Part shown: piece by piece, positions 43,694 to 53,261 of the stretch | Numbering within the stretch: position 1 is the first letter of the stretch | Layout: each line of letters begins with the position of its first letter | Assembly (NCBI GenBank): GCA_026391805.1 | Contig: JAPLDJ010000017.1 | Coordinates: 19,378-83,377 of the forward strand | Reading direction: 5' to 3' | DNA from: Bacteroidota bacterium | GTDB lineage: Bacteria; Bacteroidota; Bacteroidia; Bacteroidales; FEN-979 | Length of the DNA stretch: 64,000 bases | The notes under the pieces: model-generated | What the model was told of the DNA's origin: nothing | Seen by the model: the letters and a program-made list of their open reading frames with translations, nothing else | Database searches by the model: none | Translations under genes and position numbers: made by a program

Positions 43694-45214
43694 TTAATAT
43701 ACTGTAAAAGGCATTTTAAATTTATGGCAGATGAGCTGTGCAACGGTACGGGCAGATTTGATGGCTACGGGCAATCCTCCGCCGGGTTGTGTCCAGTGCC
43801 CGGCCAGGTAAAAATTCTGCAGTCCGGGCAATTCCGTTTCCACCGGGGAGATTGCCACCAGGTTCTTTCCCGGCAACCAGCCCTGGGAGCTTCCTTTCCA
43901 GTTATTGGTATATCGGTGGTAGGTAGCAGGTGTAGCAATATCAATCTCTTCAATGGCTTCCCGGATATTTCCGAATTTTTCTTCCAGGACGGAAATGATC
44001 TCTTCGGCGAACTTTGTCTTTTGCCGCAAGTATTCTTCAGGATCTGATTTTCGCTGGTTGATCCAGTACTCACCGTTTTTCGTATAAAATTTCACGGAAA
44101 CAACAGATTTACCGGCAGGAGCAATTGTAGGATCATAATTGTTGAAGTGAACTTCCATCCTGGAATAAGGAGTCCCGTCCGGGGAAATGATTTCGTTGGT
44201 CAACGGGAACCGGACCATGTGCGGCTGATCCCGGAAGCTTCGGGATACGCCCAGTGAGAGCAGGAAAACGGAATAGAACACTTCCAGTTTTTGCTGCTGC
44301 CCGAGTTCAAGTATCTTTTTGCTGACGTATTTCCCTTTCAGTACCCTGAAAACCGTATCGTGCCAGTCGGCTGCTGATACCGTAACATCGGAATGAACAA
44401 TACTGCCATCGGAAAGCCTGATCCCTGAGGCCTTTCCGTTTTCAGTCAGGATCTCGTCAACCCCCGAATTATACCTGATCCTGCCTCCCAGCTGAAGGTA
44501 CTTTTCTTCGATCTTTTTTGCAAATCTGAGGGATCCGCCAATGGGGTAACCCACACCTGATTTATCGTTGAATGCCAGCGGCATAATGATGATAAGCAGC
44601 GGCATCTCGTCCCCGTCGAAAAGGAGCCTGAACGCCTCCTTCAGGAAAGGATCCCGGATATTCTGCGCAAATTCATAATTGGTTTTTTTTCTCCACTTCA
44701 GGAGGAAAAGCAGGTCGGGAAGATACCGGATAAACATGATCTTTTTCGTGAAAGGAAGCAGTTCCGGAACCGATTTTATCATCGGCGGATATTCATATCG
44801 CTGGATCTTCCGCATGGAGCGGATCAGTTTCCGGATAATCCGTGAATCGGCGGGGGAAAGGTCAATGAGATAGGCTGATAATTTTTCGAGGTTTGTGTAA
44901 AGATGAAATACCTTGCTCCCATGGCGGTCGACGGTATCCCGTACCTCAATATCCATCCGTACATCATGGTTCCGGAATTCGATGGAATCCATGTCAATCA
45001 GTTCTGACCAGAGCTGATAAAAAGGGTTGCTGGCATTGGAACCCAGCAGCCATTGGATGCAGCCGTCGAAGGTGTACTCACCGCATTTCCAGCTGGTACA
45101 AACTCCTCCGGGTTTTGAATGTTTTTCGAAGATCTCCGTTTCAAAACCGTTCATCTGCAGGTAACATCCTGCCGATAACCCTGCAACCCCTGCCCCGATG
45201 ATGCTTACTTTCAT
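43694..45214 (-). CDS. FAD/NAD(P)-dependent oxidoreductase, phytoene desaturase (CrtI)-like family
   Basis: Dinucleotide fold MKVSIIGAGVAGLSAGCYL...FEKHSKPGG. C-terminal block LAGHWTQPGGGLP. Confidence 0.8.
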   Translation of the reverse strand: MKVSIIGAGVAGLSAGCYLQMNGFETEIFEKHSKPGGVCTSWKCGEYTFDGCIQWLLGSNASNPFYQLWSELIDMDSIEFRNHDVRMDIEVRDTVDRHGSKVFHLYTNLEKLSAYLIDLSPADSRIIRKLIRSMRKIQRYEYPPMIKSVPELLPFTKKIMFIRYLPDLLFLLKWRKKTNYEFAQNIRDPFLKEAFRLLFDGDEMPLLIIIMPLAFNDKSGVGYPIGGSLRFAKKIEEKYLQLGGRIRYNSGVDEILTENGKASGIRLSDGSIVHSDVTVSAADWHDTVFRVLKGKYVSKKILELGQQQKLEVFYSVFLLSLGVSRSFRDQPHMVRFPLTNEIISPDGTPYSRMEVHFNNYDPTIAPAGKSVVSVKFYTKNGEYWINQRKSDPEEYLRQKTKFAEEIISVLEEKFGNIREAIEEIDIATPATYHRYTNNWKGSSQGWLPGKNLVAISPVETELPGLQNFYLAGHWTQPGGGLPVAIKSARTVAQLICHKFKMPFTVY

Positions 45215-45216
45215 GA

Positions 45217-45738
45217 TTACGGACAATTCTGTTCAACCAGCATCAGCTTTGTTACATCAAACCCTTGTTCCTTTGCCTTCTCCAAAAGATGCTGATAGTC
45301 CTGGTCATCCATTTTCTTTGTCCTGCTGAGGATCCAGAGGTATTTCCGCGAAGGGTCTCCTACCAGTACAAAACGGTAAGACGGATCCAGCGCCAGGATC
45401 CAGTAATCACCGGAAAAAGGCCAGAAAAAACGAACCTTTAATTTTGCCGGATAAGTTTTATCTGGAACCCAGGCCACACCGCTGGCCACCTTCGTTTCCG
45501 ACGGATCACTGATCTTCTGCCCTTTGTTTACAACTGTGATCCGGCCGTTATCACGAAGCGTATAGGTTGCTGTCGCGCATTTCAATCCCCGTTCAAAGGA
45601 ATTCGGTAAACGTGCGATCTCATACCAGGTTCCGGTATACCTTTTCAGGTCCACATATCCGATTGCAGTTACTTCTGCTATACCGGATTCTGAAAGAAAA
45701 GAAAAAAAAGACATAATGATCAGGAGTAAGGATTTCAA
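45217..45738 (-). CDS. blc: bacterial lipocalin (Blc-like)
   Basis: Lipocalin SCR1 block KRYTGTWYEIARLPNSFERG. The TTG at 45738 supplies a signal-like KSLLLIIMSFFSFLS segment. The first ATG is at 45714. Confidence 0.75.
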   Translation of the reverse strand: MKSLLLIIMSFFSFLSESGIAEVTAIGYVDLKRYTGTWYEIARLPNSFERGLKCATATYTLRDNGRITVVNKGQKISDPSETKVASGVAWVPDKTYPAKLKVRFFWPFSGDYWILALDPSYRFVLVGDPSRKYLWILSRTKKMDDQDYQHLLEKAKEQGFDVTKLMLVEQNCP

Positions 45739-45830
45739 GGCAAATGATTTTAATGAAAAACAGAATGTTGAAAATGGTCTATGAGGCCATCCGGCACAAA
45801 GATACGAAATGAATGCCTCTGCGGAATTGC

Positions 45831-45838
45831 TATCTTTG
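45831..45838 (+). promoter_or_regulatory. putative -7 box (TAnnTTTG)
   Basis: tatctttg lies 21 nt upstream of the ATG at 45859. Confidence 0.45.
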
Positions 45839-45858
45839 CACGGCAAAATCGATTTACT

Positions 45859-46899
45859 ATGATACTGGTTACAGGAGGCACCGGGCTGCTTGGATCACAT
45901 TTGCTTTTTGAACTTGCGCGGATGGGACGAAAAGTAAGGGCCATCAGGCGGGAAAGCAGCGATACCTCCATGGTACGGAAAGTCTTCTCCTACTATTGTG
46001 AGAACCCGGATGAACTCCTGGAAAACATTGAATGGTTCGACGCCGACCTGATGGATTTCGGTGCAGTTGAAGATTCACTTGAAGGGATCCGGGAAGTTTA
46101 CCATGTCGGAGCTGTTGTCTCCTTTTACCCGGCCGACCATAAGGCCATGCTGAAGGTGAACATCGAAGGAACTGCCAACCTGGTCAACCTATCGATGGAG
46201 AAAGGCGTGGAGAAATTCTGCTATGTGAGTTCTGTCGCAACACTGGGCCGCGGAGAAAACGGAAGCCCGACCAATGAAGAAGATTTCTGGGTAACCACCC
46301 GCAGGAATACGATCTACGGCATCAGCAAATACGGTGCTGAAAGGGAAGTTTGGCGCGGCATGGAAGAAGGCCTGAACGCTGTGATCGTCAATCCTTCCTT
46401 TATCCTCGGACCGGGATTCTGGAACGACAATTCCGGCCTGTTCCGGCTTGTTTGGGAAGGGCTAAAATACTATACCGGCGCCGTGAACGGCTATGTGGAT
46501 GCAAGGGACATTGTAAAAGCCATGATTCTGCTGATGGACCGGAACATCTTTAATGACCGGTTCATTCTTTCAGCCGAAAACATTACCTATGAAAAACTTT
46601 TCGGAGCCATGGCGAAATACCTGGGGAAACCGGCGCCCTCGGTGAAGATCCCTTATATTGTTCCGTCACTGATCTGGAGGCTGGATGCCGCACGCACCTT
46701 TATCACACGGTCAACGCCGTTCCTGACAAAAGAGATGGCCCACACCATGCGGCAGAATTATTCCTATACCAACGAAAAAATCAGGAAAACACTCGACTTT
46801 GAGTTCACGCCGCTGGAGCAGTCGATCAGGGAGATCTGTGAGATCTATCTGAAAGAAAAAAGCGAAAAGCGAAAAGCGAAAAGCGAAATACAAAAATAA
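45859..46899 (+). CDS. NAD-dependent epimerase/dehydratase-family (extended SDR) protein
   Basis: MILVTGGTGLLGSHL Rossmann motif and catalytic YGISK. The last ~13 codons are encoded by a tandem repeat. Confidence 0.8.
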   Translation: MILVTGGTGLLGSHLLFELARMGRKVRAIRRESSDTSMVRKVFSYYCENPDELLENIEWFDADLMDFGAVEDSLEGIREVYHVGAVVSFYPADHKAMLKVNIEGTANLVNLSMEKGVEKFCYVSSVATLGRGENGSPTNEEDFWVTTRRNTIYGISKYGAEREVWRGMEEGLNAVIVNPSFILGPGFWNDNSGLFRLVWEGLKYYTGAVNGYVDARDIVKAMILLMDRNIFNDRFILSAENITYEKLFGAMAKYLGKPAPSVKIPYIVPSLIWRLDAARTFITRSTPFLTKEMAHTMRQNYSYTNEKIRKTLDFEFTPLEQSIREICEIYLKEKSEKRKAKSEIQK

Positions 46900-46915
46900 C
46901 TCACCAGCTCACCAG
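46862..46915. repeat. 7-nt tandem gcgaaaa x4 followed by ctcaccag x2
   Basis: The sequence is gcgaaaagcgaaaagcgaaaagcgaaat (46862-46889) ... actcaccagctcaccagtt. The second array is the reverse complement of the aactggtga words at 8925-8947. Confidence 0.85.
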
Positions 46916-46921
46916 TTGAAG

Positions 46922-48364
46922 TTATTCCGGAATATTATTTCTATAGTGGTAGTATCTCTCCACAATATCATCCACGAACCTTGCTGCTCCTTCATTCATG
47001 GAAAACTCGAACGTCGAATCAGGCGGAGGGTTCGGGTCTTTCAGCGACCTGCGGGTAAGGTAATATCCCACATTCCCATACCAGCGGTTTGGGTCTTTAC
47101 CGTATTGTGAAGCCCTCTCACGGGCGGAGAGCACCTTTCCCAGGCCGACGTTATAAGAGGCAAGGATGAAATGGATCCGTTCCCGTGGATTGGTGATTTC
47201 GCCAGGAAGCTGTTCGTTGAGCCATTTCAGGAATCTGACACCTGCAGCAATCTGCGTCGACGGCGACGAAAGGCTGTCCATTCCGAATTTATTTGCGGTT
47301 TCCGGCATCAGCTGCATCAGCCCGGATGCATTCCGCGATGAGACAACACCGAGATGAAAATTCGATTCCTCATAGATGAGCGATGCCAGCAAACGCCAGT
47401 CCCACGAAATATTTTTACTCAGGGTGCGGATCACTTCATCAAACGGGGAGATCTTTTTTCCTTTTACGGAGAAAAAATCGTTTCTGAAATAATTCGGAAC
47501 GACCGGATTATCAAAATAGGTCAGGTAGGCCTGCTTGAGCTGTCTGTTCTTTTTGATCCCCGTGACCCACTCGTTGATCTTCATCAGCAGGGAATCTGAA
47601 CTGTGGATGACGCCCCATCCGTAATCATGGAAGCCCGCAACGATCAGTTCTGCAGTGAGGTTCGGATAGGCGCGCTTGACGATCATGGCCAGGTTCTCAT
47701 CGCAGATGGTATAGTTGATCCTGCCATCTGCAACCATCGTGATCAGCTGAACGGCATTTATATCCGGCTCTTCAACCAGGACGATATTCTTTCCCGCCCT
47801 CCGGAGAAACCTTGCCATCAAAGGCCTTGCAAATAAATTACGCTGGATGTGGATCGTATCCTTAATAAAATCGGAAGGAGATTTTATAAAATGGGTATCC
47901 GGCGTTTTTGAACTGCCGGATGGTCGCCGCTGAACCAGTACCAGCCGCGTTTCGCCGAGCGTTTCCGAAAAATGGACGATCTGTTTTCCCTCCCCGGTGA
48001 CCGGGAGGTTGAAGGCGATCACATCTCCGACGTTCATATCGAGGTAGTAATAAAGTTTCGAGATGTCATTGGAGGCAACGATCTTCAGCGGAACGCCAAG
48101 GTGATCGGCAAAAGACCGCAGAAGGCTCAGCTGGAATCCCATGGGTTCCCCGCGGTAGATGAAATAATCGAGCGAGTTCCGGTCGGTAAGGGCAATCAGG
48201 TAACCCCTCTCTTTGATCTTCAGCAATGCATCCTTTGCAGGATCCTCATCCTTCATCTCATAAAAATAACGTACCGCTGCCAGGGCTAAAACGACGATCA
48301 GGAATGGGATCAGGATCCACCTGTTTCGTTTTCTGATACGGATATTTTTCCAGCGTTGCATCAT
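46922..48364 (-). CDS. mltF: MltF-like lytic transglycosylase (solute-binding domain + SLT domain)
   Basis: N-terminal TM helix, then an SBP_bac_3-like domain. SLT catalytic block LIYEESNFHLGVVSSRNASGLMQLMP. Confidence 0.8.
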   Translation of the reverse strand: MMQRWKNIRIRKRNRWILIPFLIVVLALAAVRYFYEMKDEDPAKDALLKIKERGYLIALTDRNSLDYFIYRGEPMGFQLSLLRSFADHLGVPLKIVASNDISKLYYYLDMNVGDVIAFNLPVTGEGKQIVHFSETLGETRLVLVQRRPSGSSKTPDTHFIKSPSDFIKDTIHIQRNLFARPLMARFLRRAGKNIVLVEEPDINAVQLITMVADGRINYTICDENLAMIVKRAYPNLTAELIVAGFHDYGWGVIHSSDSLLMKINEWVTGIKKNRQLKQAYLTYFDNPVVPNYFRNDFFSVKGKKISPFDEVIRTLSKNISWDWRLLASLIYEESNFHLGVVSSRNASGLMQLMPETANKFGMDSLSSPSTQIAAGVRFLKWLNEQLPGEITNPRERIHFILASYNVGLGKVLSARERASQYGKDPNRWYGNVGYYLTRRSLKDPNPPPDSTFEFSMNEGAARFVDDIVERYYHYRNNIPE

Positions 48365-48366
48365 TT

Positions 48367-49485
48367 TCAGGATACTTTCCGGTAGCGCCTTATGGCGAAA
48401 CTGATGATAATGACCGCGTATGCCACGAGCGGAAAAAACGAGTTCCTGATGTCATGAAACCCCGATCCTTTCAGCATTACCATCCGCATGATCCGGATAA
48501 AATAAGCGATCGGGTTAACGCGGTCAAGGTTCTGCGCCCACACGGGCATGCTTTCGATCGACGTAAAGAGACCGCTCATCAGGATGAAGATCACCATAAA
48601 AAAGAACGAGACCAGCATCGACTGCTGCTGGGTATTGGTCATGGTCGAAACCAGCAACCCGAATCCCAAAATTACAAATAGATAAACACCTGCCGAAAGA
48701 AAAATCAGCCAGAGGTTACCGATGATCGGGATGTTGAAAAGCAGTTTCCCGATGGTAAGGCCGAACGCCAGCTCAAAAAGTGCAATGATCCAGAAAGGCA
48801 GAAGTTTCCCGGCGATGAACTGCACCTTCCGGATCGGGGTGACATTGATCTGTTCGATGGTGCCGATCTCTTTTTCCCGCACAATGTTCATTCCTGACAA
48901 TAAAAGCCCGATGATGGTCACCAGCAACACAAGGATGCCCGGCACCATATAGGTTTTGTAGTTCAGTTTCGGATTATACCAATAAGAGGGCGATATCCGG
49001 ATGTTTTTTGTCGAAGACAGCATAACCGGACTCAGCCAGTCAACCAGGATCTCCCGGTTGAAATCCATGATGATCATCATCGTATAGGCATTGATCAGTC
49101 CTGCCGAAGCGCCGTTGATGGCATTGATCACGACCTGGACACCGGCTGCATTCTCCTTCACAAGCTTCTTTTCAAATCCGTAAGGAATGTGCAGGATCAT
49201 ATCAACCGTTCCTTTTTTCATCTCCGTTTCAGCCTCCTTGTCGGAAAATGAAGTGTGGGCGAGGAGGAAAAATGGAGACCCCTGGAACTTACCCACCATC
49301 TTCCGCGAAGTTGTCGACATATCGAGATCGATGACGGCGAACCGGATGTTCTTCATCTCGAAGGTGGCTGCATGAACAAGGATCAGGAGCTGTATGATCG
49401 GCACTACAAAGATGATCGGCATCATCATCCGGTTCCGGAACACCTGGATAAACTCTTTCTGGATGATGAATAAAACGGTCCTCAT
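48367..49485 (-). CDS. ABC-2 type transporter permease (YbhS/YbhR-like)
   Basis: 372 aa with one N-terminal TM helix, a large loop and a 5-TM C-terminal ABC-2 domain. Confidence 0.85.
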   Translation of the reverse strand: MRTVLFIIQKEFIQVFRNRMMMPIIFVVPIIQLLILVHAATFEMKNIRFAVIDLDMSTTSRKMVGKFQGSPFFLLAHTSFSDKEAETEMKKGTVDMILHIPYGFEKKLVKENAAGVQVVINAINGASAGLINAYTMMIIMDFNREILVDWLSPVMLSSTKNIRISPSYWYNPKLNYKTYMVPGILVLLVTIIGLLLSGMNIVREKEIGTIEQINVTPIRKVQFIAGKLLPFWIIALFELAFGLTIGKLLFNIPIIGNLWLIFLSAGVYLFVILGFGLLVSTMTNTQQQSMLVSFFFMVIFILMSGLFTSIESMPVWAQNLDRVNPIAYFIRIMRMVMLKGSGFHDIRNSFFPLVAYAVIIISFAIRRYRKVS

Positions 49486-49491
49486 GGTGCC

Positions 49492-50595
49492 TTATGCTAA
49501 ACGGATCTTGAATTTTTTTACGCTGAGCAGGATGAATGCAAGGGTGAACAAAACCAGGATTCCTGTCTCCTTCCAGATATAGGTAAGACCATTTCCTTTC
49601 AGCATGATGCTTTTTATGATGATGATAAAGTATTTCGGCGGCATGATCTGGCAGAACCACTGAAGGATCCACGGCATGTTCTCGATCGGGAAGATGAAAC
49701 CCGAAAGAAGGATCGTCGGAAGCATCAGTGCCACCAGTGAAAGCGTCATGGCGACTTGCTGGCTGCTCGTAATGCTGGAGATCAGGATCCCGAGCGAAAG
49801 GGCCACGCTGATGTAAAGAATGCTTTCTGCCAGCAACAGGATGATGCTGCCCTGAATCGGAACGCCAAAAACAAATTTCCCCATCCCGAGGATGATGCAG
49901 GCATCGATAAATGCCAGGGCCACGTAGGGAATGACTTTCCCCACGATGATCTGGATGGGGCGAAGGGGCGATACCAGCAGAAGCTCCATCGTCCCGAGCT
50001 CTTTTTCGCGGGTGATCGACAGCGATGTCATTAATGCCGAGATCAGCATCAGCAGCATGGCCATGATGCCGGGGACAAACATATAAACCCCTTTCAGTTC
50101 GGGATTATACTGCATTCTTACCTCGGGGATGATCTTCAGCGGGACCTGTTCAATATTGATGGAAATAAGGTAATTGTTGATGATCCCGGAGGCATAGTTC
50201 ACAAGGATGTTGGCGGTGTTCGGGTCGGAAGCATCCCCCAGGATCTGGATGTCGGCTTTTCCTTCACGTCCGAGTTTTTCTGCAAAATTCTTCCCGAAAA
50301 CCAGCACCAGCGTCGTCTTCCCTTCCCTGAACGCAGGACCGATCTCGTTGTAACTGGAAAGGTTTTTTTCAAGGATGAAGTATCCGGAAGAAAGTATCTT
50401 CTCTGTGATCCTTCGCGTTACTTCGTCCTTCGAAGGATCCAGGATGGCGATCCGTGCATCCTTGATCTCATTGGTGATCACGTATCCGAACAAAAGCAGC
50501 TGAACGGCGGGCATGCCAAAAAGGATCAGCAGGGTGCGGTAATCCCTGAAGATGTGATAAAATTCCTTGATGACAAATCCTGCGAATCGCCTCAT
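49492..50595 (-). CDS. ABC-2 type transporter permease (paralog)
   Basis: Same architecture as 48367..49485. Confidence 0.85.
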   Translation of the reverse strand: MRRFAGFVIKEFYHIFRDYRTLLILFGMPAVQLLLFGYVITNEIKDARIAILDPSKDEVTRRITEKILSSGYFILEKNLSSYNEIGPAFREGKTTLVLVFGKNFAEKLGREGKADIQILGDASDPNTANILVNYASGIINNYLISINIEQVPLKIIPEVRMQYNPELKGVYMFVPGIMAMLLMLISALMTSLSITREKELGTMELLLVSPLRPIQIIVGKVIPYVALAFIDACIILGMGKFVFGVPIQGSIILLLAESILYISVALSLGILISSITSSQQVAMTLSLVALMLPTILLSGFIFPIENMPWILQWFCQIMPPKYFIIIIKSIMLKGNGLTYIWKETGILVLFTLAFILLSVKKFKIRLA

Positions 50596-51038
50596 ATCAT
50601 CCCCTTGTTTTTGACAAAGCTGTAAAAGAACCGGTAAGCCGAAACCAGCAGGGGAATTCCCATGGTCAGGAAGAAGGTGTAGATGTAATCCAGGTTTATA
50701 AGTCCCGAAAGCCGGAGCGTAATACCTCCGCTGATCATGATGGCCATCATCAGGTAGCTCCGGAAATTAAAGAAGGAGAAAAAACAGGGATTGTCAATCT
50801 TGATCAGGGTGATCCGGTTGATGTGTTTTTTTGATATCCGCGCAAAGAGAAGGATGTAAAAAAGGATTCCGAAAATAATTCCGATACCAATCTCAAGTGC
50901 AAGGTGATGGTTAACCCCGATTAAGTGTATAAGTGACCGTGAGATCAGGATGCCCCCGGCAATGGTCCATGCACAGCCGGCAATGAGCAAAAGGCTCCTT
51001 TTGCTTACTGCAGGTTTTATCCGTTCAAAAAATTTCAT
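50592..51038 (-). CDS. small 4-TM membrane protein of unknown function
   Basis: 148 aa with four hydrophobic segments. A 4-nt ATGA-type overlap links it to the downstream permease gene. Confidence 0.55.
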   Translation of the reverse strand: MKFFERIKPAVSKRSLLLIAGCAWTIAGGILISRSLIHLIGVNHHLALEIGIGIIFGILFYILLFARISKKHINRITLIKIDNPCFFSFFNFRSYLMMAIMISGGITLRLSGLINLDYIYTFFLTMGIPLLVSAYRFFYSFVKNKGMI

Positions 51039-51052
51039 CGTTCAGTTCAGTT

Positions 51053-51796
51053 TTAAGCTTCCACTTTAACTCTTGCGAGTTTCAGGAAGACCTCATTCAT
51101 ATTGGCCGCATCGTATTTTTTCTTCAATACAGGCGGGGTGTCCAGCGCGGCGATCTTTCCGTCGACCATGATGGTTACCCGGTCACAGTATTCCGCTTCG
51201 TCCATGTAATGTGTGGTGACAAACACCGTGATGCCGTCTCTTGCCGCCTCGTAGATCAGGTTCCAGAACTGCCGCCGGGTGATCGGATCGACACCGCCTG
51301 TCGGCTCATCCAGGAACACGATCTTCGGGTCGTGGATGATGGCCACCGAGAACGCCAGCTTTTGCTTCCATCCCTGCGGAATATCGCGGATCAGCTTGTC
51401 CTTTGCATCTTCCAGGTTCAGACGTTTCATCAGCGAACCGGCCCGGCTTTCAATTTCTTTCCTGCTGAGTCCATAGATCCCGGCATAGAAACGGATGTTT
51501 TCATAAACCGTCAGGTCGTCGTACAACGAAAATTTCTGGCTCATGTACCCGATGTTCCGCTTGATCTGGTCCCGTTGCGAATAAATGTCAAACCCGGCTA
51601 CCTTAACCTCTCCCGAAGTAGGATAAGACAACCCGCAGAGGATACGGATGGCGGTGGTTTTCCCCGCCCCGTTTGCACCGAGGAACCCGAAGATCTCGCC
51701 TTTCCGTACCTCAAAGGTCAGGTGGTCGTTCGCTACAAAATGGCCGAACTTTTTAACCAGGTTTTTGACGGTGATGATGTTATCGTTGTTTGTCAT
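51053..51796 (-). CDS. ABC transporter ATP-binding protein
   Basis: Walker A GANGAGKTT, a degenerate signature QGWKQKL and Walker B VFLDEPTGGVD. Confidence 0.9.
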   Translation of the reverse strand: MTNNDNIITVKNLVKKFGHFVANDHLTFEVRKGEIFGFLGANGAGKTTAIRILCGLSYPTSGEVKVAGFDIYSQRDQIKRNIGYMSQKFSLYDDLTVYENIRFYAGIYGLSRKEIESRAGSLMKRLNLEDAKDKLIRDIPQGWKQKLAFSVAIIHDPKIVFLDEPTGGVDPITRRQFWNLIYEAARDGITVFVTTHYMDEAEYCDRVTIMVDGKIAALDTPPVLKKKYDAANMNEVFLKLARVKVEA

Positions 51797-51833
51797 AGGG
51801 TTTTGCCTGGCGCAAAGCGCTCAGCGCATTGCG

Positions 51834-52751
51834 CTATTTATTAATCATCAGTTCCATAAAACAATCCTCAATATTCGGCTGAATCCTGCTGATCCCGATT
51901 TCCTCATGTCCTTTACAGGCAAGGTACTCCCGGAGCAGATTCGCAGGCAACGCTTCTTTTTCGCACGCCAAATGCGCAGCATGGCCGAAGGCATGAACAC
52001 TTTTCACGCCAGGATATACCTGTAGATCCTGAAGCAGGCGGTAGATATCTTTCGACTCCACCGACCAGAGCTCGTTCGGATATTCGGAAACCACTTCAGC
52101 CGGCGTGCTGATCTTCATGATCTTTCCGTCCTGGATGAGCGCAACACGGTCGCAGAGGCTGGCTTCGTCCATGTAAGGTGTCGAAACCAGGATGGTGATG
52201 TTGCTCTCCTTCAGCCGGCGGAGCATTTCCCAGAATTCCATACGGGAAACTGCATCCACCCCTGTGGTTGGTTCATCCAGGAACAGGATTGCAGGCTTGT
52301 GGATCAGGGCACAACAAAGTGCAAGCTTCTGTTTCATCCCGCCTGACAGTTTCCCCGCTCTTCTTTTCCTGAAGGGTTCGATCTGGGAATAGATCTCCCG
52401 GATCTGGTCGTAATTTTCTTCAACGGTCGTACCAAAGATTGTGGCGTAAAACCAGAGGTTCTCCTCCACGCTCAGATCCATGTACAAAGAAAACCGTCCC
52501 GGCATGTACCCGAGGATCTTCCGGATCTTTTTAAAATCCTTTACTACATCAAGTCCTTCAACTGACGCGGTTCCTTTTTCCGGCAGCAGCAATGTTGCCA
52601 GGATGTGGAACAAAGTCGTTTTCCCGGCCCCGTCGGGACCGATGAAGCCAAACAATTCACCACGGGAAACCCCGAATGAGATATCATCCAGGGCTTTTAC
52701 ATTCCCGTAGCTGTGACTTATATTGCTGACTTTTATTGAAGGATCTTCCAT
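51834..52751 (-). CDS. ABC transporter ATP-binding protein
   Basis: The start is set at MEDPSIKVSNISHSYG. Walker A GPDGAGKTT, signature LSGGMKQKL and Walker B LFLDEPTTGVD. Confidence 0.9.
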   Translation of the reverse strand: MEDPSIKVSNISHSYGNVKALDDISFGVSRGELFGFIGPDGAGKTTLFHILATLLLPEKGTASVEGLDVVKDFKKIRKILGYMPGRFSLYMDLSVEENLWFYATIFGTTVEENYDQIREIYSQIEPFRKRRAGKLSGGMKQKLALCCALIHKPAILFLDEPTTGVDAVSRMEFWEMLRRLKESNITILVSTPYMDEASLCDRVALIQDGKIMKISTPAEVVSEYPNELWSVESKDIYRLLQDLQVYPGVKSVHAFGHAAHLACEKEALPANLLREYLACKGHEEIGISRIQPNIEDCFMELMINK

Positions 52752-52764
52752 GAAAAAACCCGAA

Positions 52765-53235
52765 CTATTGAAGTATGGTTTTGGTCCAGTATGTGGTTCT
52801 TCCCAGCAGGGAGACACCAACATAACCACGTATCTTCAGAAGGTTGGGCGAGTCTTTGCTGAATTCCATCTTGCAGCTGTAAGTCTTGCCGTTCTTAGGA
52901 TCATAAATGGTTCCGTCATGCCATTCATCATCTCCGTCAAAAACAAAATTCTTCAGAATAACCAGCCCCAGGAGCGGAACACTCTGCAATTTCACATCCG
53001 GATTCAGGTTGTCTGTCCTGGGTTTCCCTGTATTCTTGTCATTCGGTTCTTTCAGCCAGACTACCTTGGCAAAGAATTTATTCCCCTCCTGGTAGATCTG
53101 GACTTTACTGGTTTTTTCCTCGTTGTACCAGAAGCCGAGGACATCGGCGGCCTTGTGTTTCTGGGCAAATGTTTTTCCGCCCAGCAGCGCGAAAAGCGCA
53201 AAAAGGGCAAAAATGATGGTTCCTGATTTTTTCAT
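52765..53235 (-). CDS. DUF2147-like periplasmic protein
   Basis: Signal peptide. The GFWYNEEKTSKVQIY...GTIYDPKNGKTYSCKM pattern is as I recall it for DUF2147. Confidence 0.6.
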   Translation of the reverse strand: MKKSGTIIFALFALFALLGGKTFAQKHKAADVLGFWYNEEKTSKVQIYQEGNKFFAKVVWLKEPNDKNTGKPRTDNLNPDVKLQSVPLLGLVILKNFVFDGDDEWHDGTIYDPKNGKTYSCKMEFSKDSPNLLKIRGYVGVSLLGRTTYWTKTILQ

Positions 53236-53261
53236 GGTTTTCGGTTTTGGTTGATACTGAT

